Assembly: GCA_050014095.1 (NCBI GenBank)
Contig: JBEKDZ010000004.1
Location: forward strand, 8,359-72,358
DNA: 64,000 nucleotides
Direction of reading: 5' to 3'
DNA from: Dehalococcoidales bacterium
GTDB lineage: Bacteria; Chloroflexota; Dehalococcoidia; Dehalococcoidales; RBG-16-60-22
Positions within the stretch are counted from its first letter, which is position 1, and every line of letters starts with the position of its first letter. The translations under genes were made by a program, and so were the position numbers. This document shows positions 9,301 through 17,021 of this stretch, in pieces. The notes below the pieces were generated by a model. It saw only the letters and a program-made list of their open reading frames with translations. It was not told the origin of the DNA and made no database searches.

Positions 9301-10113
9301 TTATGAAGCTACGCTTTCTAGACTGCGAAATTGCATCTTGTTTCTTTCCGGTAAATTATCGAACTCTTCTTTAACAACCCATACCAGCTCATTATCGCCG
9401 ACGCCGCGGATGGCGACATATTTAGGCACAAAGAGCTCTGCGTATTCCGGAGGCATATATTCCTGCACCGCAAACCCACGGTGGGGGAAACAAAAAGTTA
9501 GAGGATTCAGGTGAGATAGCCTCGAGGCAGTATTGATACAGTGCCCGATATAGTCGTGACCATTGCCAATACTGAAAACCTTGCCTCTGGCTACGCCGCA
9601 GCGGAGCACGCTCGGCGGTTTATTAACGACCCTGTTTATCTGGGGATAAAAATCCTGCCGGTAGGCATAACAAATGTTATAAAGGGTGGCGGCTAATCGG
9701 CAAACCTGGTCTTCTTTCATTCTGCGGGCGTTCCAAACAACCACTATGCCATCCCCCGTGAATTTTACGAGTATCGGGAGGTCCGCCCAAAAATAGGTGC
9801 GGCCATCATCCTCATCGGTAAGACCGTAGATGATACTGCCAAAAAACCAATCGAAGAAGTTATTAAGAAACGAGGGGATAGCCAGATAAGCATCCACCTG
9901 GTTGCAGAAGGCGGTAAAACTAGAGAGGTCGAATACAGCCGCGACGGCCTCTATTTCCTCACAAGGCGTATTGACATCGCCCAAGCCGAGTATCGTTGGA
10001 TTGAATTTGTTTAAAATATCATTGGTAAGCAGTTTCAGTCCCCCGGGTTGACCTTGAGCAATACCGGCAGCCGAACCGGTAGACCTCACGCGTCTGATGA
10101 TTCTTCTCTTCAT
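9301..10113 (-). CDS. Stand-alone class III nucleotidyl (adenylyl/guanylyl-type) cyclase homology domain protein
   Basis: Cyclase catalytic motifs are in order: AAVFDLSSFTAF (metal Asp), KFTGDGIVVVW (GD), LRCGVARGKVFSIGNGHDYIGHCINTASRLSHL (R.G..G....Y.G..IN.ASRL). No sensor domain. Lies 49 nt upstream of the GAF-HD-GYP gene. Confidence 0.65.
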   Translation of the reverse strand: MKRRIIRRVRSTGSAAGIAQGQPGGLKLLTNDILNKFNPTILGLGDVNTPCEEIEAVAAVFDLSSFTAFCNQVDAYLAIPSFLNNFFDWFFGSIIYGLTDEDDGRTYFWADLPILVKFTGDGIVVVWNARRMKEDQVCRLAATLYNICYAYRQDFYPQINRVVNKPPSVLRCGVARGKVFSIGNGHDYIGHCINTASRLSHLNPLTFCFPHRGFAVQEYMPPEYAELFVPKYVAIRGVGDNELVWVVKEEFDNLPERNKMQFRSLESVAS

Positions 10114-10351
10114 GGGAGTCCTTTTTCAATAGATTATTCAACCATATATTATTATCGAAAAAGTAAACAAGCCATAAATATTTTTATCAGTTCTCTAAAC
10201 TTTTTGTGAATATCAGATTTTTCAATTAAAGTACACGCGTAAAAAACGTAAACCAAGGGGGCAAAAAGGGGAGGAATATTCCCGTTGCTTATGATAAGGT
10301 GTATAATGTTACCGCAAACATTGCCGACTCAAAAGCGGCAGGAAAGACGCA

Positions 10352-11020
10352 ATGATACAGTTGCTAATAATAACCGAAGAAGCAAAAACAGCCAAGCTAA
10401 TCCAGGCAAGCCTCGCCCGGCACACTTTTACATGCTCTACCACTAATTACAAAAGCGCGCTTGAGACAGCTGCCAAAGAGTCGCCCAACCTGGCGATTTT
10501 AGAAATACCCGATATTGCTAATGAAGCGGTATGGGGGCTTATCAGCAACCTGAAAAAGGGGAGGAATCTGCCAGTAATAGCCTTGATATCGGTAGAAAAG
10601 GCTGCTAGCCTGAACGATCGCCAGGAAATCGATGACTTCATCATCCGCCCGTATAACGAAGCCGAGCTATTACTAAGGATAAATCTCCTGCTGAATAAAA
10701 CACAGGGCGCCGATAGCAGTGAGCAAATTAAGTGCAACGGTTTGATCATCGACCTGATCACCTGCGAGGTTACTGTGGATGGCAGGAAAGCCGACCTTAC
10801 CTTCAAAGAGTACGAGCTGCTTAAACTGATGGCGCGCAACCGGGGTCGTGTTTTCACGCGCGAGGCGCTGCTGGATAAAATCTGGGGCTACGACTATTAC
10901 GGCGGCGACCGTACCGTGGACGTACACATGCGGCGCCTGCGCAGCAAAATCGAGGATGCCAGCCACACCTATATCGAGACTGTGCGTAATATTGGCTACC
11001 GATTCGTGAAAAACCCATAG
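10352..11020 (+). CDS. OmpR/PhoB-family winged-helix regulator with a degenerate (Asp-less) receiver domain
   Basis: The C-terminus (TFKEYELLKLMARNRGRVFTREALLDKIWGYDYYGGDRTVDVHMRRLRSKI...IETVRNIGYRF) is a canonical OmpR DNA-binding domain. In the receiver, the acidic pair is EE (IITEEAK), the phospho-acceptor position is Glu (LAILEIPD) and the conserved Lys is Arg (FIIRPY). Confidence 0.8.
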   Translation: MIQLLIITEEAKTAKLIQASLARHTFTCSTTNYKSALETAAKESPNLAILEIPDIANEAVWGLISNLKKGRNLPVIALISVEKAASLNDRQEIDDFIIRPYNEAELLLRINLLLNKTQGADSSEQIKCNGLIIDLITCEVTVDGRKADLTFKEYELLKLMARNRGRVFTREALLDKIWGYDYYGGDRTVDVHMRRLRSKIEDASHTYIETVRNIGYRFVKNP

Positions 11021-11054
11021 CTTAAACCAGTTTTTAATATAAATTTAACTCTCA

Positions 11055-11072
11055 TGTAATCCGTTCGTAACA
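11055..11072. promoter_or_regulatory. Inverted repeat TGTAA-N8-TAACA upstream of glnA (TnrA/GlnR-box-like, spacing off by one)
   Basis: TGTAATCCGTTCGTAACA lies 65-82 nt upstream of the glnA ATG. The Bacillus TnrA/GlnR consensus is TGTNA-N7-TNACA. Confidence 0.3.
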
Positions 11073-11136
11073 TTTTGAATTTAAAATGAAAATATATAAA
11101 GGGAAAAGTGCTTATATAAAATATTAGGAGGGAACA

Positions 11137-12480
11137 ATGACGAAAAGGAGTAAAGCGGAAGCCAAGGAATACATCCTCAAGATGGCTAAGGAGCACGACG
11201 TTAAGTTTATCTGGTGCTGGTTTACGGATATACTCGGTATTCTGAAGAGCTTCGCCATTACGGTTGAAGAGTTGGAGGGGGCGCTGGAAGAGGGTATGGG
11301 TTTTGATGGCTCTTCTATTGAAGGATTTGCCCGTATCGATGAGAGCGACATGGTCGCCATGCCCGACCCCGATACCTGGCAGTTGTTGCCATGGAATCCG
11401 CCGGAGCACCGCGCGACTGCCCGCATGTTTTGTGATATCCTGATGCCGGGAGGTCAGCCGTTTGAAGGCGACCCACGGTTTGTCCTGAAGAGGAACCTGA
11501 AAAAGGCAGCCGACCTGGGCTATACTTATTACGTGGGGCCGGAACTGGAATACTTCTATTTTAAAGACGGCAACGGCACCGAATTTCTCGACCAGGGCGG
11601 CTACTTCGACCTGACCACGCGCGACGCCGCCATCGAGCTGCGGCGGGATACCGTTATCCAGCTGGAAAAAATGGGTATCGGCGTGGAATATGCCCACCAT
11701 GAGGTCGCTCCAAGTCAGCATGAAATCGATATGCGCTATACGGATGCCCTGACTATGGCGGATAGTGTCATGACTTACCGCCTGGTGGTGAAAGAGGTAG
11801 CGCTGAAAAACGGCGTTTACGCCACCTTCATGCCCAAACCGGTCTTCGGCATCAACGGCAGCGGCATGCATGTGCACCAGTCGCTGTTCAAAGGCGACCA
11901 CAACGCATTTTTCGATACTAAAGACTCCTATCACCTCTCCAAGGAAGCCAAGAGCTATATCGCCGGCCTGCTCAAGTATGCCCCGGAGATTACCGCCGTG
12001 TGCAGCCAGTGGGTCAACTCCTACAAGCGGCTGGTGCCGGGCTACGAAGCTCCGGTCTACCTCTCCTGGGCAAGGCGGAACCGCTCGGACCTCATCCGCG
12101 TACCGGAATACCGCCCGGGCCGGGAAAAAGCCACCCGCATCGAATTCAGGTCGCCGGACCCCGCCTGCAATCCCTACCTCTGCTTCAGCGTCATGTTAGC
12201 CGCCGGACTCGATGGCATCAAGAATAACCTGACGCCACCCGCGCCCATCGAGGAAAACGTCTACGAGATGAGCGCGGAAGAAAGACAGAAACACGGTATC
12301 AGCACGTTACCGGGCAGCCTGGCAGAGGCCATTCAACTGGCGGAAGGCAGCAAGCTGGTAAAGGAAACCCTCGGCGAGCATGTTTTCAACTCCTTCATCG
12401 AAAACAAGAAAAAAGAGTGGGATGAGTACCGTACCCAGGTGTCAGAGTACGAATTGAAGAAATACCTGCCGATAATGTAA
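11137..12480 (+). CDS. glnA: Glutamine synthetase type I
   Basis: FDGSSIEGF, GPELEYF, the HHEVAPSQHEIDMRY region and NGSGMHVHQSLF are all GSI hallmarks. A GGAGG RBS precedes the ATG. Confidence 0.95.
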   Translation: MTKRSKAEAKEYILKMAKEHDVKFIWCWFTDILGILKSFAITVEELEGALEEGMGFDGSSIEGFARIDESDMVAMPDPDTWQLLPWNPPEHRATARMFCDILMPGGQPFEGDPRFVLKRNLKKAADLGYTYYVGPELEYFYFKDGNGTEFLDQGGYFDLTTRDAAIELRRDTVIQLEKMGIGVEYAHHEVAPSQHEIDMRYTDALTMADSVMTYRLVVKEVALKNGVYATFMPKPVFGINGSGMHVHQSLFKGDHNAFFDTKDSYHLSKEAKSYIAGLLKYAPEITAVCSQWVNSYKRLVPGYEAPVYLSWARRNRSDLIRVPEYRPGREKATRIEFRSPDPACNPYLCFSVMLAAGLDGIKNNLTPPAPIEENVYEMSAEERQKHGISTLPGSLAEAIQLAEGSKLVKETLGEHVFNSFIENKKKEWDEYRTQVSEYELKKYLPIM

Positions 12481-12500
12481 AGTACAGTTGAGCCAAATAA

Positions 12501-12536
12501 AAAGAGGGGGCCAGGTTAATAGCCCCCTCTTTTTTA
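12501..12536. terminator. Bidirectional rho-independent terminator between glnA and tusA-like gene
   Basis: AGAGGGGGC-N10-GCCCCCTCT stem, flanked by an A-run upstream and a T-run downstream. Confidence 0.8.
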
Positions 12537-12558
12537 TCCTGGTTGATGATATTAAGGG

Positions 12559-12801
12559 CTACTTCTTTTTAACGTAAACGCGGATTTCCCCGCCACTTTC
12601 TTCCACACCTAAAAACTCATTGCCGGTGGCCTGCGCCCAGGCCGGCATATCATGCTTGATGCCCTTATCGTCGGCGATGATTTCCAGAACCTCACCCGCC
12701 TTGAGCTCTTTGATTCTCTGCGCCGTTTTTACGATGGGCATCGGGCAATACAAACCCATGCAGTCTAGTGTCTGGTCCGCTTTCATCTCCAACTCCTCCA
12801 A
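12559..12801 (-). CDS. TusA/SirA-family sulfurtransferase
   Basis: CMGLYCPMPIVK (CPxP active-site motif), 80 aa. Confidence 0.85.
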   Translation of the reverse strand: MEELEMKADQTLDCMGLYCPMPIVKTAQRIKELKAGEVLEIIADDKGIKHDMPAWAQATGNEFLGVEESGGEIRVYVKKK

Positions 12802-12802
12802 T

Positions 12803-13303
12803 TTAAATAAACAGGGTTACCTTCGACTGGCGGGCTTCATTCAGGAAAAAGGCAGCCCCTGCCAGACTCCCGACCTCTTCCCGGAAAGCCCCTTCACCCA
12901 AGCCCATCACACCGCAGGATGTAGAGCAGGGAATAAGCTTTATCCCCATGTCCTTCGCCATCTGGATGAACTCATCAATAGAGGGCAGGTGGCTTTCCTT
13001 CATGAACTTTTTCATCATCGCCGTCCCCAGGCCGAACATATGGAACTTCGAGAGCCTTAGCCGCTGCGAGCCGCCGCGGTTCATAAAGTTGAGCATCTTT
13101 TTCATAATGCCTTTGCCGCCCGGTTTACCCTCGTTCTTCTTGAGAATGTTCAGTCCCCAGAAGGTGAAAAACATGCTGACATCCATCCCCATACTGGCGC
13201 CGGTCGTGGCTAAAATAAAAGCCGCCAGCGCTTTATCCAGGTCGCCGCTAAAGACGACGATGGTCATTTTTTCTTTTTCTGCAGATTTTTCCGTCTTAAC
13301 CAT
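12803..13303 (-). CDS. DsrE/DsrF-like family sulfur-relay protein (DsrE3-like)
   Basis: MTIVVFSGDLDKALAAFILATTGASMG...IPCSTSCGVMG. It is abutted to the TusA-like gene, a pairing known from sulfur-relay loci. Confidence 0.7.
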   Translation of the reverse strand: MVKTEKSAEKEKMTIVVFSGDLDKALAAFILATTGASMGMDVSMFFTFWGLNILKKNEGKPGGKGIMKKMLNFMNRGGSQRLRLSKFHMFGLGTAMMKKFMKESHLPSIDEFIQMAKDMGIKLIPCSTSCGVMGLGEGAFREEVGSLAGAAFFLNEARQSKVTLFI

Positions 13304-13304
13304 C

Positions 13305-13511
13305 TTACTGCCCTTCCTTACAAAGCTCCCGGATATTAGCGCCGCAATTGGGGCATGTCTCGGTATCCCGGCGCACGGGCGTCTCGCAGTTCGGACAGTG
13401 CAGTACCTTTACGCCGCAGGCTTCGCAATAGGGGAAAGCCGCCTCGGCGATTTCTTCATCGCAGTAGGGACAGGAATGGACTTTATCCATTGCCTTGTTT
13501 TTATCCACCAT
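13305..13511 (-). CDS. Double zinc-ribbon small protein
   Basis: Four CxxC pairs: CPYC, CEAC, CPNC, CPNC. 68 aa, tightly packed between the iscU and dsrE-like genes. Confidence 0.6.
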   Translation of the reverse strand: MVDKNKAMDKVHSCPYCDEEIAEAAFPYCEACGVKVLHCPNCETPVRRDTETCPNCGANIRELCKEGQ

Positions 13512-13513
13512 TT

Positions 13514-13900
13514 TTACTTACCTCCCGCTTTCTGTTTACTTTGGTAGTCCTTAATCGCTTCGTGCAGGGCCTGGGCGCCCAGGTTGGAGCAGTGCAATTT
13601 GTTTTTGGGCAGCCCTTCCAGCTTATCCGCCACCGATGCAGGGGTCAGCTTCATCGCCTCTTCCAGCGTCATGCCTTTGGCCAACTCGCTGACCATGCTG
13701 GATACGGCAATAGCCGCCCCGCAGCCGAAGGTCTTGAATTTAACGTCTTCCAGGCGGTTGTCCTTGACCTTGATATAGAAGGTCATCATATCCCCGCAGA
13801 CCGGGTTCCCCTCTTCCCCAACCCCATCCGGATTTTCAATTTCCCCCACGTTACGCGGGTTCATGAAATGGTCCATTACAACTTCGTTGTATACCGGCAT
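13514..13900 (-). CDS. iscU: IscU/NifU-type Fe-S cluster scaffold (copy 1)
   Basis: DHFMNPRNVGEIENPDGVGEEGNPVCGD...FKTFGCGAAIA...LHCSNLGAQAL. Confidence 0.9.
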   Translation of the reverse strand: MPVYNEVVMDHFMNPRNVGEIENPDGVGEEGNPVCGDMMTFYIKVKDNRLEDVKFKTFGCGAAIAVSSMVSELAKGMTLEEAMKLTPASVADKLEGLPKNKLHCSNLGAQALHEAIKDYQSKQKAGGK

Positions 13901-13901
13901 A

Positions 13902-15089
13902 TTACTTGCCTCCTTGGCTAGTTTTCACGTATTTTGCGTATAGCGGTGACATCTGCCGCAGCCGGTCAACCACGGGCGGCATCGTCTCCAGAACGTAGTC
14001 GATGTCTTCTTTAGAATTGTCCAGTCCGAGCGTGAACAGCACCGAGCCCTGGGCAATCTCGTGAGAAAGTCCGATAGCGAGCAGCACATGAGAAGCCTTA
14101 AGCGCCCGCGAAGTGCAGGCCGAGCCGCTGGAAACAGCGATGCCTTTGCTGTTTAAGAGCATCAGCATGGCTTCCCCCTCGATGAACTCCACACAGAAGC
14201 TGGCATGACCGGGCAACCGATTTGTAGGGTGACCGGTGACCACCACGTGCTCGATTTTAGAGGGCAGCTCCTTGAGTAAAAGGTCGCGCAGCGGTGTCAG
14301 GGTATATATCCGCTTTGGCATCTGCGCCGCGGCTATTTCCGCCGCCTTGCCCAGGCCAACGATGGCTGGCACATTCTCGGTGCCACCCCGCCGCCCGCCC
14401 TCCTGGATGCCGCCATCGAGCAACGGTATAATTCTGACGCCTTTACGTACCCATAAAGCGCCAGCGCCCTTGGGGCCATAGAACTGGCTGCCAGCCAGGC
14501 TTAAAGCATCTACCCCCAGGTCGGTGACGTTGACGGGTACCGTCCCCGCGGTAGCCACGGCGTCGGTATGGAAGGGTATTTTAAGCTCCTGGGTAATTTT
14601 CGCTATTTCTTTAATCGGCTCGATAGTGCCTATTTCACCGTTGGCGTGCATGATGGAGACCAGTACCGTGTCTTTTCTAATGCTTTTCTTCACATCTTCG
14701 GGATTGACGACGCCGTTTTTATCCACCGGCACTTCGGTTACCTCGAAACCCCATTTTTCCAGCGTGCTTGCCGCGTGCAGCACGGAGAAGTGCTCGATAG
14801 CGGAAACGACAATATGCTTGCCCTGGGTCTGCCGGGCTAAAGCCAGCCCTTTAACGGCGAGGTTATTGCTTTCGGTGCCTCCGCTGGTAAAGATAATCTC
14901 CTCCGCGTCCGCCCCGATAAGGCCCGCCACCTTTTCCCGCGCCTCGTCTAAAGCCTCCCGCGCTTTATCGCCCCAATCGTGTAAGGACTGCGGATTGCCG
15001 AACACTTCGCCGAGGTAAGGCAGCATCGCCTCTCTCACTTCCGGCATCAGGGGCGTGCTGGCAGTGTTATCCAGATATACTTTCTTCAT
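13902..15089 (-). CDS. nifS: Cysteine desulfurase NifS/IscS type (copy 1)
   Basis: PLP-dependent class V aminotransferase motifs ([15 protein letters not shown], the [15 protein letters not shown]-Lys region, SSGSACTS active-site Cys). I prefer ATG 15089 (MKKVYLDN) behind a GGGAGG RBS over the track start at 15098. Confidence 0.9.
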   Translation of the reverse strand: MKKVYLDNTASTPLMPEVREAMLPYLGEVFGNPQSLHDWGDKAREALDEAREKVAGLIGADAEEIIFTSGGTESNNLAVKGLALARQTQGKHIVVSAIEHFSVLHAASTLEKWGFEVTEVPVDKNGVVNPEDVKKSIRKDTVLVSIMHANGEIGTIEPIKEIAKITQELKIPFHTDAVATAGTVPVNVTDLGVDALSLAGSQFYGPKGAGALWVRKGVRIIPLLDGGIQEGGRRGGTENVPAIVGLGKAAEIAAAQMPKRIYTLTPLRDLLLKELPSKIEHVVVTGHPTNRLPGHASFCVEFIEGEAMLMLLNSKGIAVSSGSACTSRALKASHVLLAIGLSHEIAQGSVLFTLGLDNSKEDIDYVLETMPPVVDRLRQMSPLYAKYVKTSQGGK

Positions 15090-15173
15090 ACCTCCCACCT
15101 CCTATGCTCATTATCAGGATAGTCTTGGATGAGGCTAATTGAAATGACTTTTATCTCATTACGCCCGCACCTT

Positions 15174-15200
15174 GTCATTCCAGCGAAAGCTGGAATCCAG
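15174..15200. repeat. Family B hairpin repeat GTCATTCCAGC-GAAA-GCTGGAATCCAG
   Basis: 8-bp stem with a GNRA-type GAAA loop. A near-identical copy sits at 58561-58586. Confidence 0.75.
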
Positions 15201-15216
15201 GGGAGGAGCAGAGGGA

Positions 15217-15250
15217 GTCATTGCGAGGAGCACAGCGACGTGGCAATCTC
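15217..15250. repeat. Family A repeat, solo long arm (GTCATTGCGAGGAGCACAGCGACGTGGCAATCTC)
   Basis: Matches the long arms at 51074-51108 and 58494-58528 (reverse). No inverted partner is present here. Confidence 0.7.
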
Positions 15251-15327
15251 TATCAATGAATTTAGTCAATCGTCGAGCTTACCGGCATATCTTCTCGATT
15301 ACATCGGAACTCTTTGATAACTGTTCA

Positions 15328-15365
15328 TTGTCAACTGTTAACTGAATACTGTCAACTGTCAACTC
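15328..15365. repeat. Cluster of four TGTCAAC/TGTTAAC motifs directly after the PurM-like stop codon
   Basis: The minus strand reads GTTGACAGTTGACAGTATTCAGTTAACAGTTGACAATG. Each unit carries a TTGACA-like hexamer. A possible promoter is TTGACA-17-GACAAT facing nifS copy 1. Confidence 0.4.
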
Positions 15366-15366
15366 A

Positions 15367-16425
15367 TCACGCCTTATATTTCTCCAGTGCCCCATAGAAA
15401 GCCCGCCAGAAGGGGTCGACGATGGGGTGCTCCAGCTTCTTTTCTTTGCCGTTTTCTACCAGCACCATGCCTTTTTCCGGCTGCGTCAGCTCGCCGACGA
15501 TTGATGCCTTAATGCCCTTTTGCGTCAGCGTTTTAACCACGGCCGGCGCTTTGTTTTCCTTGCAGGCGATAATCAGCGTGCCTTCACTAATAGAGGCATA
15601 GGGGTCGATGCCGAACAGTTGGCAAACCTCCTCGACAGACTCCTCAACGACGATTTTTTCTTTTTCCACCCTCACGCCCAGTCCCGATGCTTGAGCCACC
15701 TCGAACAGCCCGCCCCAGACGCCGCACTCGGTAGCATCGTGCATGGCGGTAACGCCTTTCTCCCTGACGCCGACGCTGACCGCCGTTAAAGCGTCTTCAA
15801 CGACCGTCATCTTATAAAAAACCTGCTGGGCTTTATGGTTAAGCTCCGCGCCGTATTTTTCGGTAATAACCCCGGGGAGCATCGCGGCGAAAATTCCGGT
15901 CGCTTCGATAGCCGGCCCCTTGGTAACGATTACTTTATCGCCGGCCCGGCAGAATTTAGGAGTAACGTATTCATTAAGTTCGCCGATGCCGACGATGGTA
16001 GCACCGCCGACCATCGGATAGTGGCAGCCTTCATAGCGGGCGGTGTGGCCGGTAATTACCGCAATACCCATCTTTTCGCACTCGCGGTGAATGATATCCC
16101 AGGTGATTTCCAGTTGCTGCTTGGTCATCTCCATCGGCAGGTTAAGATCGATGCTCAAGAACCTGGGCGTAAGTCCGCTGGTAACGGAGTCCGACGCGAT
16201 GATATGGATCGCGAACCAAGCGGCCCGCTCCCATCCATATTCCGGCACGATAAAAACGGGGTCGCAGGTAAAGGACACCGCTTTGCCCCCGATTTCCACG
16301 ATGCCAACATCCACGCCGTGCTGCGGTCCCACCAGTATGCTCTTACTTTTCGCACCCAGCCGCGGGTAAATCAGCTCGCTAAAAATTTCCGGTGAAATTT
16401 TCCCTATTTCCGGCATATCAGCCAT
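15367..16425 (-). CDS. PurM/AIR-synthase superfamily ATP-dependent enzyme (HypE/ThiL-like), exact function unassigned
   Basis: N-terminal region GPQHGVDVGIVEIGGKAVSFTCDP...IASDSVTSGLTP and C-terminal region AMHDATECGVWGGL fit the PurM-superfamily two-domain layout. Start ATG 16425 (MADMPEIGK) follows a GGAGG RBS. A TPP riboswitch lies immediately upstream. Confidence 0.7.
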   Translation of the reverse strand: MADMPEIGKISPEIFSELIYPRLGAKSKSILVGPQHGVDVGIVEIGGKAVSFTCDPVFIVPEYGWERAAWFAIHIIASDSVTSGLTPRFLSIDLNLPMEMTKQQLEITWDIIHRECEKMGIAVITGHTARYEGCHYPMVGGATIVGIGELNEYVTPKFCRAGDKVIVTKGPAIEATGIFAAMLPGVITEKYGAELNHKAQQVFYKMTVVEDALTAVSVGVREKGVTAMHDATECGVWGGLFEVAQASGLGVRVEKEKIVVEESVEEVCQLFGIDPYASISEGTLIIACKENKAPAVVKTLTQKGIKASIVGELTQPEKGMVLVENGKEKKLEHPIVDPFWRAFYGALEKYKA

Positions 16426-16437
16426 ATTAATACCTCC

Positions 16438-16579
16438 AAAAAACAACTAAACCAGAAGCTTGAGGGGAACCGACTTCTGGTTTTGGTTTCACTTCCCTAC
16501 GCTCGCATTACCGAGTTCAGGTTCAAAGGGTCTGTCCTTCCGTTATCGGAAGGACTCTCAGCCTACAGCTCCCCTAGTG
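16438..16579 (-). promoter_or_regulatory. TPP (THI-box) riboswitch with terminator-type expression platform
   Basis: The minus-strand RNA (16579->16490) reads CACUAGGGGAGCUGUAGGCUGAGAGUCCUUCCGAUAACGGAAGGACAGACCCUUUGAACCUGAACUCGGUAAUGCGAGCGUAGGGAAGUG. The conserved CUGAGA and ACCCUUUGAACCUGA..GGUAAUGC..GCGUAGGGAA elements are present, closed by a P1 helix CACU/AGUG. It is followed by hairpin AACCAGAAG-N15-CUUCUGGUU (16450-16482), a U-rich tract, the RBS and ATG 16425. Confidence 0.9.
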
Positions 16580-16603
16580 GCAATATTCAGTTGTGTTCAC
16601 ATT

Positions 16604-17007
16604 CTATACTATTCCGACGTTTTGCTGCAAGCCTTGTTTCCTCTGGTAGTCCTCGATGGCGGACTTGAGAGCTTCCTCGGCCAGCACCGAGCAGTGCATT
16701 TTGATTGGCGGCAGCCCACCCAAAGCCTCGGCGACGGCGCGGTTGGATATTTTCAACGCTTCATCTATGGTCTTGCCTTTGACCAGCTCGGTGACCATGG
16801 AGCTCGTGGCGATAGCCGCCCCGCAGCCGAAGGTCTTAAACTTGGCGTCCGTAATGACGTTATCTTTTACCTTGATATAAAGCTCCATGATATCGCCGCA
16901 GATGGGGTTGCCCACGTGCCCGACGCCGTCGGGGTTTTCTATCTCACCGACATTCCGGGGATTTTTAAAAAATGTTCCATTACTTTTTCGCTATAAACCG
17001 GGGACAT
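16604..17007 (-). pseudogene. iscU: IscU/NifU-type scaffold (copy 2) interrupted by a 1-nt frameshift in a T6A5 run (true pseudogene, homopolymer miscall, or -1 recoding)
   Basis: ATG 17007 (RBS GGAGGAGG) gives MSPVYSEKVMEHFLKIPGMSVR*. Shifting -1 at CAU UUU UUA AAA A (16966-16972) gives ...HFLKNPRNVGEIENPDGVGHVGNPICGD..., which continues into ORF 16604..16915 and parallels copy 1. Confidence 0.75.
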
Positions 17008-17021
17008 GTAATGACCTCCTC

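Noticed and set aside
10114-10351. Defined promoters in the divergent cyclase / response-regulator intergenic region
   Set aside because: A good TATAAT lies at about 10305, but there is no acceptable -35 at 16-18 nt. Several AT-rich hexamers give ambiguous solutions, so no call was made.
10996-11934. 312-aa ORF on the minus strand
   Set aside because: It is entirely antisense to glnA, which has unambiguous GS motifs and an RBS. The translation is low-complexity with no motifs. This is a typical shadow ORF in GC-rich coding DNA.
15129-15317. 62-aa ORF (and 28954..29175, 27804..28034) in intergenic regions
   Set aside because: The reading frames run straight through family A/B/GC-hairpin repeats (for example VIPAKAGIQ and HCEEHSDVAIS are repeat translations). 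These are spurious repeat-derived ORFs.
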